NCBI GenBank assembly: GCA_949358305.1
Contig: OX442314.1
Span: 32,798,001-32,862,000 of the forward strand
DNA from: Strigamia acuminata
Lineage: Eukaryota
DNA: 64,000 bases
Reading direction: 5' to 3'
In this document: positions 11,976-24,897 of the stretch, piece by piece
How the letters are laid out: every line of letters begins with the position of its first letter
Position numbering within the stretch: position 1 is the first letter of the stretch
Program-made: the position numbers and the translations under genes
Notes under the pieces: model-generated
Databases searched by the model: none
What the model was told of the DNA's origin: nothing
The model's input: the letters and a program-made list of their open reading frames with translations, nothing else

Positions 11976-14900
11976 TTAACTTGCTGAAACTAAGACATGA
12001 CATGAGTCAGCTTCAGCTTCTACGCTCTCAGTTGCTACGATAACAGCTGGATTTGGATTTGTGCGCACACTGCCAGTTTCAAACTTGTTCCGATAAAGAA
12101 ATTCCAAGAGAAATATTATTCCAGAGCAAAAAACTCAACCAATTAAAATCAGAAATGCTGTGATTGTGTGGTAAATAGAGATGGGTTTGCAGTCATAATT
12201 TCTTGTCTGGCAAAATGTTGATGTTTTGTATTTATCGTCGAGTCTGTTTACGATTCCTTTTTCGTTTAGGTTCAAAATGCTAAAACGTGTAATTGAAGTT
12301 GAATTTTAAAACCTTTACAAATATACTACTATAGTACTCACTTCTGATTAAATAACTCAACATATTTGGATTTTTTATTAAACATGAAATAAGTTGAAAT
12401 ATCCCCATGAAACTAAACATACAGTTTTGTCCGTACATCTGTTTGAGGATATTGTACAAGTGGATGATGGCATTTTTGTTCTTCGAAAGTAGTTTTGGAG
12501 CATCAGTGAAGGAAATGTTTCCTTCTCCGGGAGTTTTTTCCATCCGATACCAAATTTGCAAATGTGTCTCTGTCGATCGGAGAATTGACAAAGTCGAAAT
12601 TCAGCACACGTTCTGTACTCATTCCAAATATCGTTCTGACGATGTCATATTGCTGATAAAAGAATAGGCAAGTTGAATAAAAAATGAATTCTGAAAAATG
12701 TTGTGTGTTAACATATACGGAGTATTAAAGTGTGCAATTTCTTTGGATTAAAATCAATTGCATACAGAATTTCTAGATAAAATGATTTTGTCTCGTGTTT
12801 AAGCGATACCGTGAATTGGCTGGCTTCTGCACTTTATTTCAGCTGATACGGTGCAATAAAAGCTCAACAGATGGCGTTTGCCACTGTGATGTAATCGGTT
12901 TGAGCTATTGAAGTTAACAGAGGAAATAGGAGTTAACTTACCAGTAACAGAAGCTTCCGATTAAGGTCAGTTCTTCTAGAGTTCCCAAACCAGAAACTGC
13001 CTTGTAGTGCATGGACATGCATGAGCTTATTATCATGACATAACTTACCGTGTAGGCATATGCCTAACTTGTAAGTTATGTCATGATAATAACTTAAATT
13101 ATTTTCATTTATGTTATTTATTTAAGAATTAAGACAGAGGTAAGACATATAGTTTATATTGAACAAAAGGATGTAAGTGATAATTATTTTATGAGTTTTA
13201 GCTATCCTATATAGTCTTACAAACCATATAAGGAATAGTAACCTTGTGCAAAGAACCATCCCTCAACCTCATTCCACAACACATCACCAATGAAACTGTC
13301 ATGTTGTGAGAACAGACGGACACAAATAGCGCAAAGGTATGCATAAACAGCGTCGAACGTACAACACATTGATAGAAATGAGCACAAGAGACTGTATTTA
13401 ATGGTTTATGACCTTTATTCAGCGTCTAGGGGTCTGCATCTCATGCCTTTCCTATTGCTACTGCTGCATTGCTACAACGCACCTGCGACCACATGCAGCC
13501 CACGCGGTTAGGGTGTGCCGCAAGGTCGATCTGTTGTTCGTTCATCCAGGACTCAGTCCTTAATCCACGGATTACTCAAGGCACTGGGAATGGCGTACTG
13601 GCACATTCCCTGTTATCACCGCGATGATCAAGAGTGGAGAACTGCTAGGACTTGACAATAGGTGAGTAACTCTGGGGTCCCAACAGAAAGTATACTGCCA
13701 CTCTTGCACCATATGTACAAGAGTACCTTTCTTATTGGTTATTGGATTCTGACCAGAGCCACGGCTTACGTGATGACATCCCCGTCGCCATCTGGCGATC
13801 ACCACATCTTCCCCTGGGGTAACATTGTACAAAGAATACATTTACAATAAAAGGTGACTCGACAATGTCACATACGGTAAAACTGTATCCCTTAGCATCA
13901 CCATGGTGATAACAGGAGTTCTTAACACAGTTGCACCATTCAGCCTTACACCGTCCCTGAAATGGACATTGGAAACGCTTATTATTAAAATTGAAATTGT
14001 TTTCTAGAATGCCTTGATACAATGCAACTTAAGTGAATTCAAGTGAATCCACATTTTTGTTATATTGCAGTTTTGGTGTTTCTGTGAAAGCTATTAAACA
14101 AATGTTGTCAGAGCTTTCAAATTTGAAGAATACCGTTGTAATCATACACTCATAGGCATTGAATCATTGTTATTTGGACAATTTGTGGTTCCAATTTTAT
14201 AAAACTGAGGACTAACTCAAACTTATGACATGTACTGAAGATAACATTGCAAACTTAATCGCAATTTAAGTTAATCTTAATCTGAAGTACAGTATATATA
14301 TTATTGTTTGTAATTATTTTTTCAATTGCAATAGCATGCTTTACCTGGCTTATAGTAAAATTATGCTTTTCTAAAAATAACGTTCGTTGGGTAATTTTTT
14401 CAAATTGACATTTTTGTTGCTCCGTACAATTTATTTCCAAGTTGGTTATTTGAAAAATATTTCCATCAAACTGATGTTTCAATAGTTGCAAGCTAAAATT
14501 CTACAATTTGAGATAGAAAAGTAAATACTTATTATTTTCTTTGTATTTAATTTTATCGTTTACATCTCCTAATATTTTAAAGATAAAAAATACTGAATGT
14601 TAATCTTTGTTGCACTAATCTTTCAAAAATCTGCATCAACATCACAGTGGTTTTTTTGTCTAATCTATTATAGAACCTTGTGATAAGCTTAAATTTAAAT
14701 TTAATTAAGTTTACTATACATTAACTATTGGCTCGTACCGGTACAGTACTTGTACTATCTTCAGAATATGTGAGTAAGTGAACTTTATTCTGTCTCCATA
14801 TGATTAGGTCCTGTAACAAAGGCAAATCTAGATCGTGCATTGCATGTGCTGTTTCTCGTGTTTCCTTGAAGACAAATATCAACACTTTCTTTTCAATTGA

Positions 14901-15420
14901 CAAGAAAGTATAATCAGCAAGCTGAAATCAACATTTACTTTTAAGTATAAGTTATATTACTACTTTATGTAATTTTAGAACTAGAAGAAAATGCTATTTT
15001 TGGAAAAAGAATTAGGTCGACAAGCATTACTGTTTTTATAAATAGGTCAATACCTACGCCTGACTTGTCAACCTACTGCTTCGTCCTTAATTTGGCAAAT
15101 AATTAGACCTTTACTTGCTCAAAACGTTCTATCCAAATAAGAATGAGCTGAAAAGGAGTATAGTCGAAATCTAGTGATGTATTACTGAATCGTTGTGCTG
15201 ACATTTGAATTTTTCCAATCCAATTGAGATGCGTCAATTTCACCACACAGTTTGACACTAGAGTAAGAACATGACAAATAGGAATATAAACCTAATTAAA
15301 TTCGGGATTTCCGAACCATAATCATCTTGATAATGAATGATGTGTACTCTTCTTGCCTCGGTGATTTGTACAATATTAGACAATTGAACGCGGAGTTCAT
15401 TATTGCAGTTAGCAAAGGGT
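11976..15420 (-). pseudogene. Ionotropic receptor (IR/iGluR-like) gene copy 1, internally deleted
   Basis: Exons homologous to copies 2 and 3. The junction at about 12557 removes about 0.7 kb (copy-2 25494-26187) including the M1 and M3 exons. The 5' boundary is approximate. Confidence 0.8.
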
Positions 15421-16848
15421 GAATTAGGTAAAGAAGTGTTTTTCCGTTTTGCTAAAAGAAACGATCAATGAACATACATTCTAATTAGCTATTGCTAAAA
15501 ATATTTAATAAACAAATACTTTTTGATACGTCGACACATCCAAAGAACAAGTAAAAGAAAAATACTCTTAAAATGTTGATCCGCCAAGTGGTCACCATCT
15601 AGCCCGTTCTCTCAACCTTCATAAGAATGAAAACACGGTGACACGGCGTTAATTATCCCTGTGTTGATGGTTTGCTGTAGCAACTGTTGCCCAGTTTAAA
15701 CGATTAAAGTTTATGTGTATTGGCATCCGGTGTCGACATCCGACAAACACGTCGTGACTATCCAGGTCTAAAGTAGCCAGCAGAACTTGAGGGGGCGGGG
15801 ATTTTCTCACCATAAAAATTCACATATTGACAATTTCTTATTTTTATTAAAAATAGGCCCAGTGAGGAGTGAATTTGATGTAACTTTTGCTCTTATTTGG
15901 TATATTATTTATTTAAATAATTGTTCATTTTCACCGTACCTAGTTTTTGCACCTATTGGGATGTTTCCCTACTCATTCTTCACCGTCGTATCAATAAACT
16001 TATAAATGAAATCCCTTATCTTAATCACTTAATTAAAGTGATTACCCAAGGAATATGACACAATAATATTTAATGTACAAAAGTATATATTTACTGCTAA
16101 GCCACTAGCTACACAATAAGTAATATTACTCCAGTCTTTGTCGCAAAGTTGATCCATGATCGCGTCCTCATTCTTGGTGGGTCGTTCGCCTCGTCCGCGC
16201 TGTTCCTGGAGCCGTCTTTGTTTTCCTTCTGGTCCGTCTTCGTCTTGGTCCGGATTCCCGTCGTCAGATTTAGATCCCGGCCTGGTGGTGTTGTCTAGGG
16301 TTTTATTATTTGTCTTCTTCGTACGCCGGTTCACGAGGCAGTTTCCTCGTGACTCGCTAATAACCGTCGATGAGCTCTGATGTGGCTCTTTCCCAGTTTG
16401 CTGGGGAAAACTAGCAAAATGCTCTTCAACAAGATTGATATCATAGCTAGTTGACTGCGGAGGTGTCTCAGATATTTTAACTCACTACGGTATATAATCA
16501 TTTCTCCTTCAGCTTATTAGGTATAAGACTCACAAAGAGACCGCAGGAGTGTGTATTTCACAATTGTTTAATTTTTTTTTAAATAAAATATTATTATTAT
16601 CTAAAGAGTTAATACTTTCATTATTTAAATACAATGCTCTCTCACATTGTTACAAACAGTCACAACACACAAGATTCTTTACTGTGTGTTGAAACACTAT
16701 TTTTTGATTTTTTGAGTAAATAAGTCAAGTGTAGCACTACACTTGGTGATTAGTCTGTACTAACCATACTCTGGAACCCAAAGTAATTAACGTGACATTA
16801 GAACTTTGTTCACTAACATGACTGCCTGCATGAAGACAATAATAGTTT

Positions 16849-16888
16849 GTAGTGGTGGCCAAGTGGTTAAGGCAATGGACTAGGAATC
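16849..16888 (+). pseudogene. 5' half of tRNA-Ser(AGA), degenerate
   Basis: GTAGTGGTGGCCAAGTGGTTAAGGCAATGGACTAGGAATC closely matches the animal tRNA-Ser 5' sequence GTAGTCGTGGCCGAGTGGTTAAGGCGATGGACTAGAAATC. No T-arm or B-box follows. Confidence 0.75.
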
Positions 16889-17736
16889 TTTCATTCCTAG
16901 TCCATGTGGCATCTGTCCGAACACTCACAAACCCTGCATAAAGACATGAAGATGTTAGATGGAATTGAGTTTGTCTCAAATGATGTTGGGAATCCACAGA
17001 AAAAACGCTTTGCAGTTCCCGAAATCATCTGAAGTTAATGTGTAATTCGACAGACTACACTAAACTATACTTGTTCACGACAGGTAAAGGCCCTGTATTT
17101 GTCACAGCATTCGGCCTGGCAATACTTAAATCCAGCTCTGATTTTCATTGGTCATTAAAAACGACCAAAGTCTGAAATTTGTGAATAATGTTTGATTTCG
17201 TATCAATTTTGTTGCTTACCCGAACTGTAAAAACCGAGGGTTTTACTCATGTATTGTTTTATTGTTGTTCAATTTGTCATTTTATTACCATTTGATTCAT
17301 TCAAGTTCAATTTCAACATTTTGTCATTTTGTATTTTATCTGGTGTATTATTTGCATTTATCTCCACTTTAAACTTCACCTATTTACTTAATTATAATCC
17401 CTACCTTCTCACCCTATAACTTCACTTCTTAAACTTCCACTTGACCTTTCTTGGAACCAGCTAATTGAGGTCAATTAATTCCGCTCTCCAATCAGAGAGC
17501 TCCACATACCCTTTCCCCCCCCCTTTTCTCTAGTCTAAGAATAAAATCACCAGTGTTCTTTTTAACAACTCAAGAGAAGGTCTCCTTTTATTTTCATCTA
17601 CACATTTACATTTCAAACCAAGGACTTTTAGTTAAAATTAAGAGTGTGCATTTCACATTTTGGTGCCGAAACCCAGGAGACTCTTCAAAAAATCTACACC
17701 CACATCTACAGCCAGAATCATCTAAAACTACCGAAA

Positions 17737-20700
17737 ATGGTGAAGAATTATGATCTGAAAAAGAAGTCCTTTGTGGCGGCCATTGCAGTGACAGAAACGC
17801 TGATAAACACAGCAACCGCCGCCCTGACCGGCAATGCAGCCATTTTAAAGGACACCTTGGAAATATGGCTCGATCAACTGAATTCCAAACAAAGCCGTGC
17901 ATCAAAGGCGTTTGAAGTGGCTTTGGAGTCGTCGAAAACGGACGCAGGCGTCAATTCGCTCACCGAGGAGATGGACGCGTTGGACGATCGAGTGCTAGTC
18001 TTGAAAGCGGCGATAAAAAGGTATTCAAATCAACTTTATCCAATTATTATTCCGACGCCAGTTGTAAACCATACACCCGCGACGAACGGCGCCGCCAAAT
18101 TCAAGAGGAAGGCACTCGAAATGCCAAAATTCGACGGGAAACAACCAGAGGTTTGGTCCAGCTTCTGGAAGACGTTTTGCCTGCAAATAAACGACGACAC
18201 CGACCTCGATGAAACACACAAATTCCTCCACCTGCGAGCGCATTTAACCGGTGAAGCGCTGGAAGACGTGAAAGGGTTGGAAATAAACGATGCAAATTTC
18301 CTGGTTGCAACGGAGCGACTAAAGAAAAAATATGGCGACCCGGTGGTACTGGAGAACAGATATCTAAATAATTTGCTTTGCTTACCAACAGTGCGTGATG
18401 AAAGTGACAGCGAAGGGCTGCAGCGTTTGCATCGTCACGTTGAAATCAACGTAGAAAACTTGGACAATGTAGTGGTGAAATTAATCGAAATTCAAAAAAC
18501 CTTATTTCCAGTATTAGCATCGACGCTCCCCCGCAGCCTAATTCGGGAATACGACCGAGAGAACGATGGAGATCGATCCGTTCCGAGACTAATGGCATGG
18601 CTGCAGAATTTCATAGCCAAAGAGGCAAAGTATGACATGATGCGGAAGAAATCGGACGTCCCACCAACCAAACCTCAACCTCAACAAACCAAAAATCCAA
18701 ATTAAGAGGAGAAATGGAAATGGGATCGGAAGAATAAAAAACACCACCCAAGTTCCGCATCAACAATGTCCGTAATAATCGATAAATGTCAATTTTGCAG
18801 CTCAAAGGAACACATCCGTAGACTGTGTCCTCTCACCGCAGATCAAAGAAGGGAGAAAATAAAATCCAAAGGAATTTGCATGCGCTGCTTGGGCAAGATG
18901 GCGCACAAGACAAAGGAATGTCGCACCAACATGAAGTGCTTCAAATGCGAGGGCGCACACCACACGCAGGTCTGCAACACCCCAAAAACTGCAATCACCA
19001 AAGAGGCCACCATCAAGGAGATTCACAGCAACGCCGTGATAAAAACTAACTACGAACAATTCGAATTTTTGATGGTTGTCATGGCAAAATTGAGTGGTGA
19101 CAAACTCCACACCTCCAGCGTCTGTTACATCGACGGCGGAGCCCAAAGAACGTTTATCTGATCGGACGTGGCCAGAAAACTCAAGCTAAAGAAATTGGGT
19201 ACTGAAAAAATTAACCTTTCTGTTTTTGGCAAAGATCCACAGTCCGTGACGTGCAACCGGGTCCAGCTAACGATCCAACAAGCAAATAGAGCGAGTCCAG
19301 TCATTTCCATCGATGCCATAGAAGTTCCTCAAGTCACAACAACTCCAACTGAGGTTCCAGATGAACAGATGAATGCAGAGCTAAAAAAACGAGGGATTCA
19401 AGTACAATGCAGGCAAGCATCTCTTCACTCAAATGAAGTTGACATTTTAATAGGAGTGGACCACTATTGGAAGTTGATGACGGGACAGACGGAATATATC
19501 GAGGACAACTTAATTGCCGTGAAAACCAAATTAGGATGGACGTTACACGGACGAACCACTCACGGCAAGCAAGTAATCGCTTCACCAATCCACCAAAACA
19601 AGATTAGCATCGTCCCCTCATCTGACGAAATTCTATGCAAATTCTGGGAACTGGAAGCCATCGGGGTGCAACACGAGTCGCTCACATCGCTGGAGGACGC
19701 GGAAATTTTGGAAAAATTTGAAAAATCGATCAAATGGAATGGAAAAAGCTATTCAGTCAAACTGCCATGGACTGTCAACCTAAATCAATTACAGGACAAT
19801 TACCAAATTGCCGAACAAAGATTTTTAAACCTGCTTAGACGTTTCAGAAAGCAACCAAATTTATTTCTGGAATACAAAAAGGTGATTGGCGATCAATTGG
19901 CGCAAGGAATCGTAGAAGAAATACCACCAGATGCCAGCGAGGGACCAGTCTACTACATGCCCCATCGACCCGTAATCAAAGACGAGAGACTAACAACAAA
20001 GCTTCGAATAGTTTTTGACGCCTCATCGCACAAAAAGGGACAATTGTCCCTAAATGACTGCTTGTCGAAGGGAACAAACCTCTTGCCATCTCTAATCTTT
20101 ATTTTATTGAATTTTTGTTCCAGAAGAATAGCGATCATGTCAGACATTGTAAAAGCATTCCACATGATTGAAATTGCCCTCAGAGACCGAGACGCAACAA
20201 GGTTTCTGTGGGTGGACAAAAATTGAGACGGAATCGGCCGCGCCGTCATCAAAATTCTACGACAGACACGCATATTATTTGGAGCGACCCCAAGTCCATT
20301 TTTGCTGAGCGCGACGATCAAGCACCACCTCAAAAAATACATGGCAGAGTTTCCGGAGACATGCGACCTGATAAACAAGTTTCTCTACATGGACAATTTT
20401 ATTTCGTCACTGGACAACGACGAGCAAGCTTTGAGGGTGTTTCACCAATCCCGCGCAATTTTTTCAACAGCTAGCATGGAGCTGGTGAAGTGGCAAACCA
20501 AGTCAACCGAGTTGCGAGACAAATTCCGAAGCGAAATACCCGGTGATGCTGAAAAAACGAACGATTGCCTCACTACGGTACTGGGACTGCAATGGAATCC
20601 ACAAACCGACGAATTGAGCTTGGCCATCGACGACTCCGTAAACACACCAAAGAAACTGACCAAACGAGAAGTGATACGAGCCACAGCCCAAATATTCGAC

Positions 20701-23673
20701 CCGCTGGGATTTATTGGGCCATTCGCCATCACAGCAAAAATTTTCTTTCAATCCCTTTGGCTTCGAAACTTGCCATGGGACGAAGAATTGATCGAGGAAC
20801 TGCACCAAATCTGGAAAAAATAGGCCGACCAAATACCGACTTTGAAGCAATTCAAAATTCCACGGTGTCTGGAGGTGGAGGGCCAAGAAAAATCAGAACT
20901 ACACGTGTTCTGCGACGCCAGCCCCAGAGCATACGGGGCAGTCGCCTATTTCCGACGGCGAAGAGAAGATTTAACAAATGTATTTTTTATTTTCTCTCGA
21001 TCTAGGGTCGCCCCGATTAAACCACTGACGCTTCCAAAGCTAGAACTCATGGGAGCTCTATTGGCAGTACGATTGGCAGACCAAATTCGCGAGGTTGTCG
21101 AGTGCAGTTCCACCCACTTCTGGACCGATTCGCAGATCTGTTTGCACTGGATCACCAACACATCAAAGCGCGCACCGACGTTCATCAACAACCGAGTCAT
21201 GGAAATTCGGGAAAAATCACACGTTGATGCATGGAAACACGTGCCCGGCGCCGAGAATCCAGCCGATCAACTGACGAGAGGTTTAGACGCCAAGGAACTG
21301 ATAGCCAGTGTTGTATCGAACGTAAACTTTTAGTTCGCGTTCGCGAACTTAGTTCGTTAGTTCGCGAACTACAAACGCGAACTAGTTCCCTTTTTTGAAA
21401 GAACGGCAAAAACGAACTAAGTTCGTTTTTTTTAAGCGAACTAGAACGAAGTTTGCGTTCGCTAGACGTTTTTTCCGACAGCCAATCACGGACGAAAATT
21501 TTGATATTTAATGATTGTATTTTCACTGAATAAAGCTAGTTGTGATCTTTAAACCGGACAAAGTGTTGTGTGTTTGATTGTTTCGACTTTCGAGCGATTT
21601 GATTTCCAACAATTCCAACAATTCATTCATTTCTAATCGTTTTTTCGTTTTGCATCATCAGCCCCAGTAGAGAGGCTTTTCAGCCGTGCAAGCCTAGTCG
21701 CAATTCCAAGGCGAAGCTTATTATCAGATGAAAATTTCGAAAACTTGATTCTTTCAATGATTAACTTAGCTATTTAAGTAATTTCCTCTTTTTTACATTC
21801 AATAAAACTTTTATTCAATTTTATACATGTGGAAAAATAAATTCAAAACAAAAAAAAATTTTTGGTAAAAACGAACTGAACTTTTGTTAAAAGTTCGCGA
21901 ACTAGAACTTAGTTCACTTGGAAAATTTTTATGTGAACGAGAACTAGAACTAGTTCCGTAAACTGCAAATGGGGATGAACGCGAACTAGAACTAGTTCGC
22001 GATTTAGTGAACGAGATACAACACTGCTGATAGCAGACGAATTATGGTGGAAGGGTCCAACATGGCTACACAATGAACCAATTGACTGGCCAAAAGACAT
22101 TATGGAACTCCACATCGATTCCGAAACAGAAGAAATCGATGAAACCCACGTCAAAACAATTCAAAGAAAAAATAACAAACTTTTTTGTTTTGAAAATTAC
22201 AGCTCGTTTGCAACAATCAGTCGAGTGACAGCATGGTGCCATCGTTTCAGCTTCAACACAAAACCAAACAACAAGCTGACACGTAAAGAAGGCCCACTGA
22301 CGGCTGACGAACTCAAACATGCGAAACAATCATTGATCATCGCCGCACAACACGAGGCATACGGCATGGAAATGAAACAATTGAGAGACGGAAAACAATT
22401 GACATCGGACTCAAAAATCCAGACGATGAATCCATTTCTCGACAATGAGGGAGTTATGCGACTGAAAACTCGACTGCACGACTCAGAAGACGAAACTACA
22501 GCAGTTCAACCAATCGTCCTACCCCCAAAACACAATTTAACAAAACTAATTCTTTCATTTTGTCACTCACAGGTTCTCCATTGCGGACTCACGGCAACAC
22601 TGTCATATTTTCGAGAAAACTACTGGACGCCATCCGCAAGGAGAACCTTGAAGTCCATTTTGGGGAAATGTGTTACCTGCAAGCGAATACAAGGACGACT
22701 GATGAGAGAGACACCGGGCCCACTACCATTCGACAGAGTGACTCGCTGCGAACCATTTGCAGTCACTGGAATAGACTTTGCTGGACCTATCTACATCCGA
22801 GGCAGGAAAACCAAAGCGTACATTGCGCTTTTTACATGCGCCAACATAAGAGCGGTCCACCTCGAATTGGTTCCTTCACTGAACACTCCAGATTTCATTG
22901 ATGCATTTGAGCGATTCATTAGCCGCAGAGGGCTTCCCAAAAAGATCTACAGCGACAATGGAACAACTTTTCACCGAACAGACAAAGAACTAAGTGCCCT
23001 GTTGAGAAATACTAAAGACAATTCGTTTCGTGCCTATTTAGGCAACAAGGGCATAAAATGGACATTTATTGTGGAGTATGCACCGTGGCAAGGGGGATTC
23101 TGGGAGCGGATGGTTAAAACCGTCAAAGCCAGTTTGAAAAAAGTTATTGGGTCCGCTTCCCTCAATTTCTTCCAATTAAATACACTCCTCACCCAAGTCG
23201 AAGCCGTCATCAATCGAAGACCAATGACTTACGTGTATGATTCGCCCAACGAGCCCGAAGCACTCACCCCAGCGCACTTTTTAACTGGAGAAAAAATCAC
23301 CTCGCTTCCGGACGCCAGTTATTTGACCGACTCAGAGCCAACTCCAGAGAAGTTCATAAAGCAGTGGCGTTATCGACAGAAAACTCTTTTTTCGTTTTGG
23401 ACACGGTGGTGTAAAGAATACCTCACCGACTTGAAAACCCAATTTGGCAAGGAGAGTAAAAACATTTTAAAACTGAATGATGTCGTCATTGTGGAAGAAC
23501 AATTCAAACCACGCCTCCAATGGAAGATGGGTTGTGTTACGGAGGTTAGAGAGGAAAGAGATGGAAAAATTCGTTCATGCGAATTAGTTCTCGCTGACGG
23601 AACCAAGTTGAGGCGCCCCATCCAGCGTCTCGTGAACTTGGAAATACAACCTTCAGTTGCGGGGGCAGTGTGA
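17737..23673 (+). pseudogene. BEL Gag-Pol polyprotein, disrupted
   Basis: Gag with three Zn knuckles, protease DGG, RT YMDN, RNase H FCDAS/WTDS, integrase DFAGP/SDNG/GGFWER. In-frame stops at 18703, 19159, 20224 and 20821, plus a MITE insertion. Confidence 0.93.
21306..22026. mobile_element. hAT-type MITE nested in BEL1 pol
   Basis: TIR CAGTGTTGTATC / GATACAACACTG, 8-bp TSD ctgatagc, subterminal gaactagttc repeats. Removing it restores ELIADELWWKGP. Confidence 0.95.
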
Positions 23674-24897
23674 AAACCGAGGGTTTTACTCATGTATTGT
23701 TTTATTGTTGTTCAATTTGTCATTTTATTACCATTTGATTCATTCAAGATCAATTTTAACATTTTGTCATTTTGTATTTTATCTGGTGTATTATTTGCAT
23801 TTATCTCCACTTTAAACTTCACCTATTTACTTAATTATAATCCCTACCTTCTCACCCTATAACTTCACTTCTTAAACTTCCACTTGACCTTTCTTGGAAC
23901 CAGCTAATTGAGGTCAATTAATTCCGCTCTCCAATCAGAGAGCTCCACATACCCTTTTCCCCCCCTTTTCTCTAGTCTAAGAATAAAATCACCAGTGTTC
24001 TTTTTAACAACTCAAGAGAAGGTCTCCTTTTATTTTCATCTACACATTTACATTTCAAACCAAGGACTTTTAGTCAAAATTAAGAGTGTGCATTTCACAC
24101 GAACAATCAGCACAAGTTCAGCCTTGTTCATTTTAACACGTCATTTCGATCGACCGAGTTTTGAACCCTTCCTTCGGTTAAACGCCACGTGATACTTAAA
24201 ATGTATTATACGCAGATCAGTCAATCTAAAAAACGGAATAGTTCATCACATGAGGAAATATTTGATCGAGTTTCTTTGAACAATCTTTACTGTTTCCGCC
24301 AAAGCTGAACTCGTCCATCGTGATATCGCTGCATCCATTTAGTCGTGTAGTTCAACCGAGTATCGCCATCTAGCGAAGAAATAACGAAACTCCGACAAAC
24401 ACGCTCCACATTCAAACATTTTTTCAAGTTCATTTCTCGCCATACGAAAACTGTAGAATAAAAAAAAAGTACAAAAACTAATTTCGTCTTTTCGGTTACT
24501 CTTCTTACTTACTAGAACGTTTGATAGTCTCATAGTTTCACGCTGGTTTTAGCGTCATCTTGGTTCATGTCAGTTTCACCAACTGGAAATGAGCTCCGAG
24601 AACACAGATTAGGGAAGTACAATACATTTTATTCGCCGAAAACCAAACAAAATTTTAATTTCTAACAGGTCTGATTCTAGATGTAAAAATGTAAAAATGT
24701 CACTCAAGTAGCAATGTTGTGAAGCATCCGTGTGATGTTTCTGTTCATGTGTGCAAAAGCAGTTGCTAAATGTAGAAACTACCAAATACAGTAAAAATAT
24801 GTTGCTAAATTTGGGGAGAAACTGTCCGATACAGTCAAATAATTTATTATTTTCCATTTGAGTAAGTATATGCCAATAATGTTGCTTTATTTAGAGT

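Larger units (their letters stand above)
17226..24099 (+). mobile_element. BEL/Pao LTR retrotransposon 1 (defective)
   Basis: LTRs 17226-17657 and 23669-24099 (TG...CA, about 5 differences), 5-bp TSD cgaac, tRNA-Phe PBS tggtgccgaaaccc at 17661, G-rich PPT before the 3' LTR. Confidence 0.96.

Noticed and set aside
16029..16380. 101-aa charged ORF, possible retroelement fragment
   Set aside because: No domain, termini or TSD identifiable.
16370..16425. Hammerhead ribozyme candidate (ctgatgtg...gaaaac)
   Set aside because: The core is not CUGAUGA and stems I and III could not be formed.
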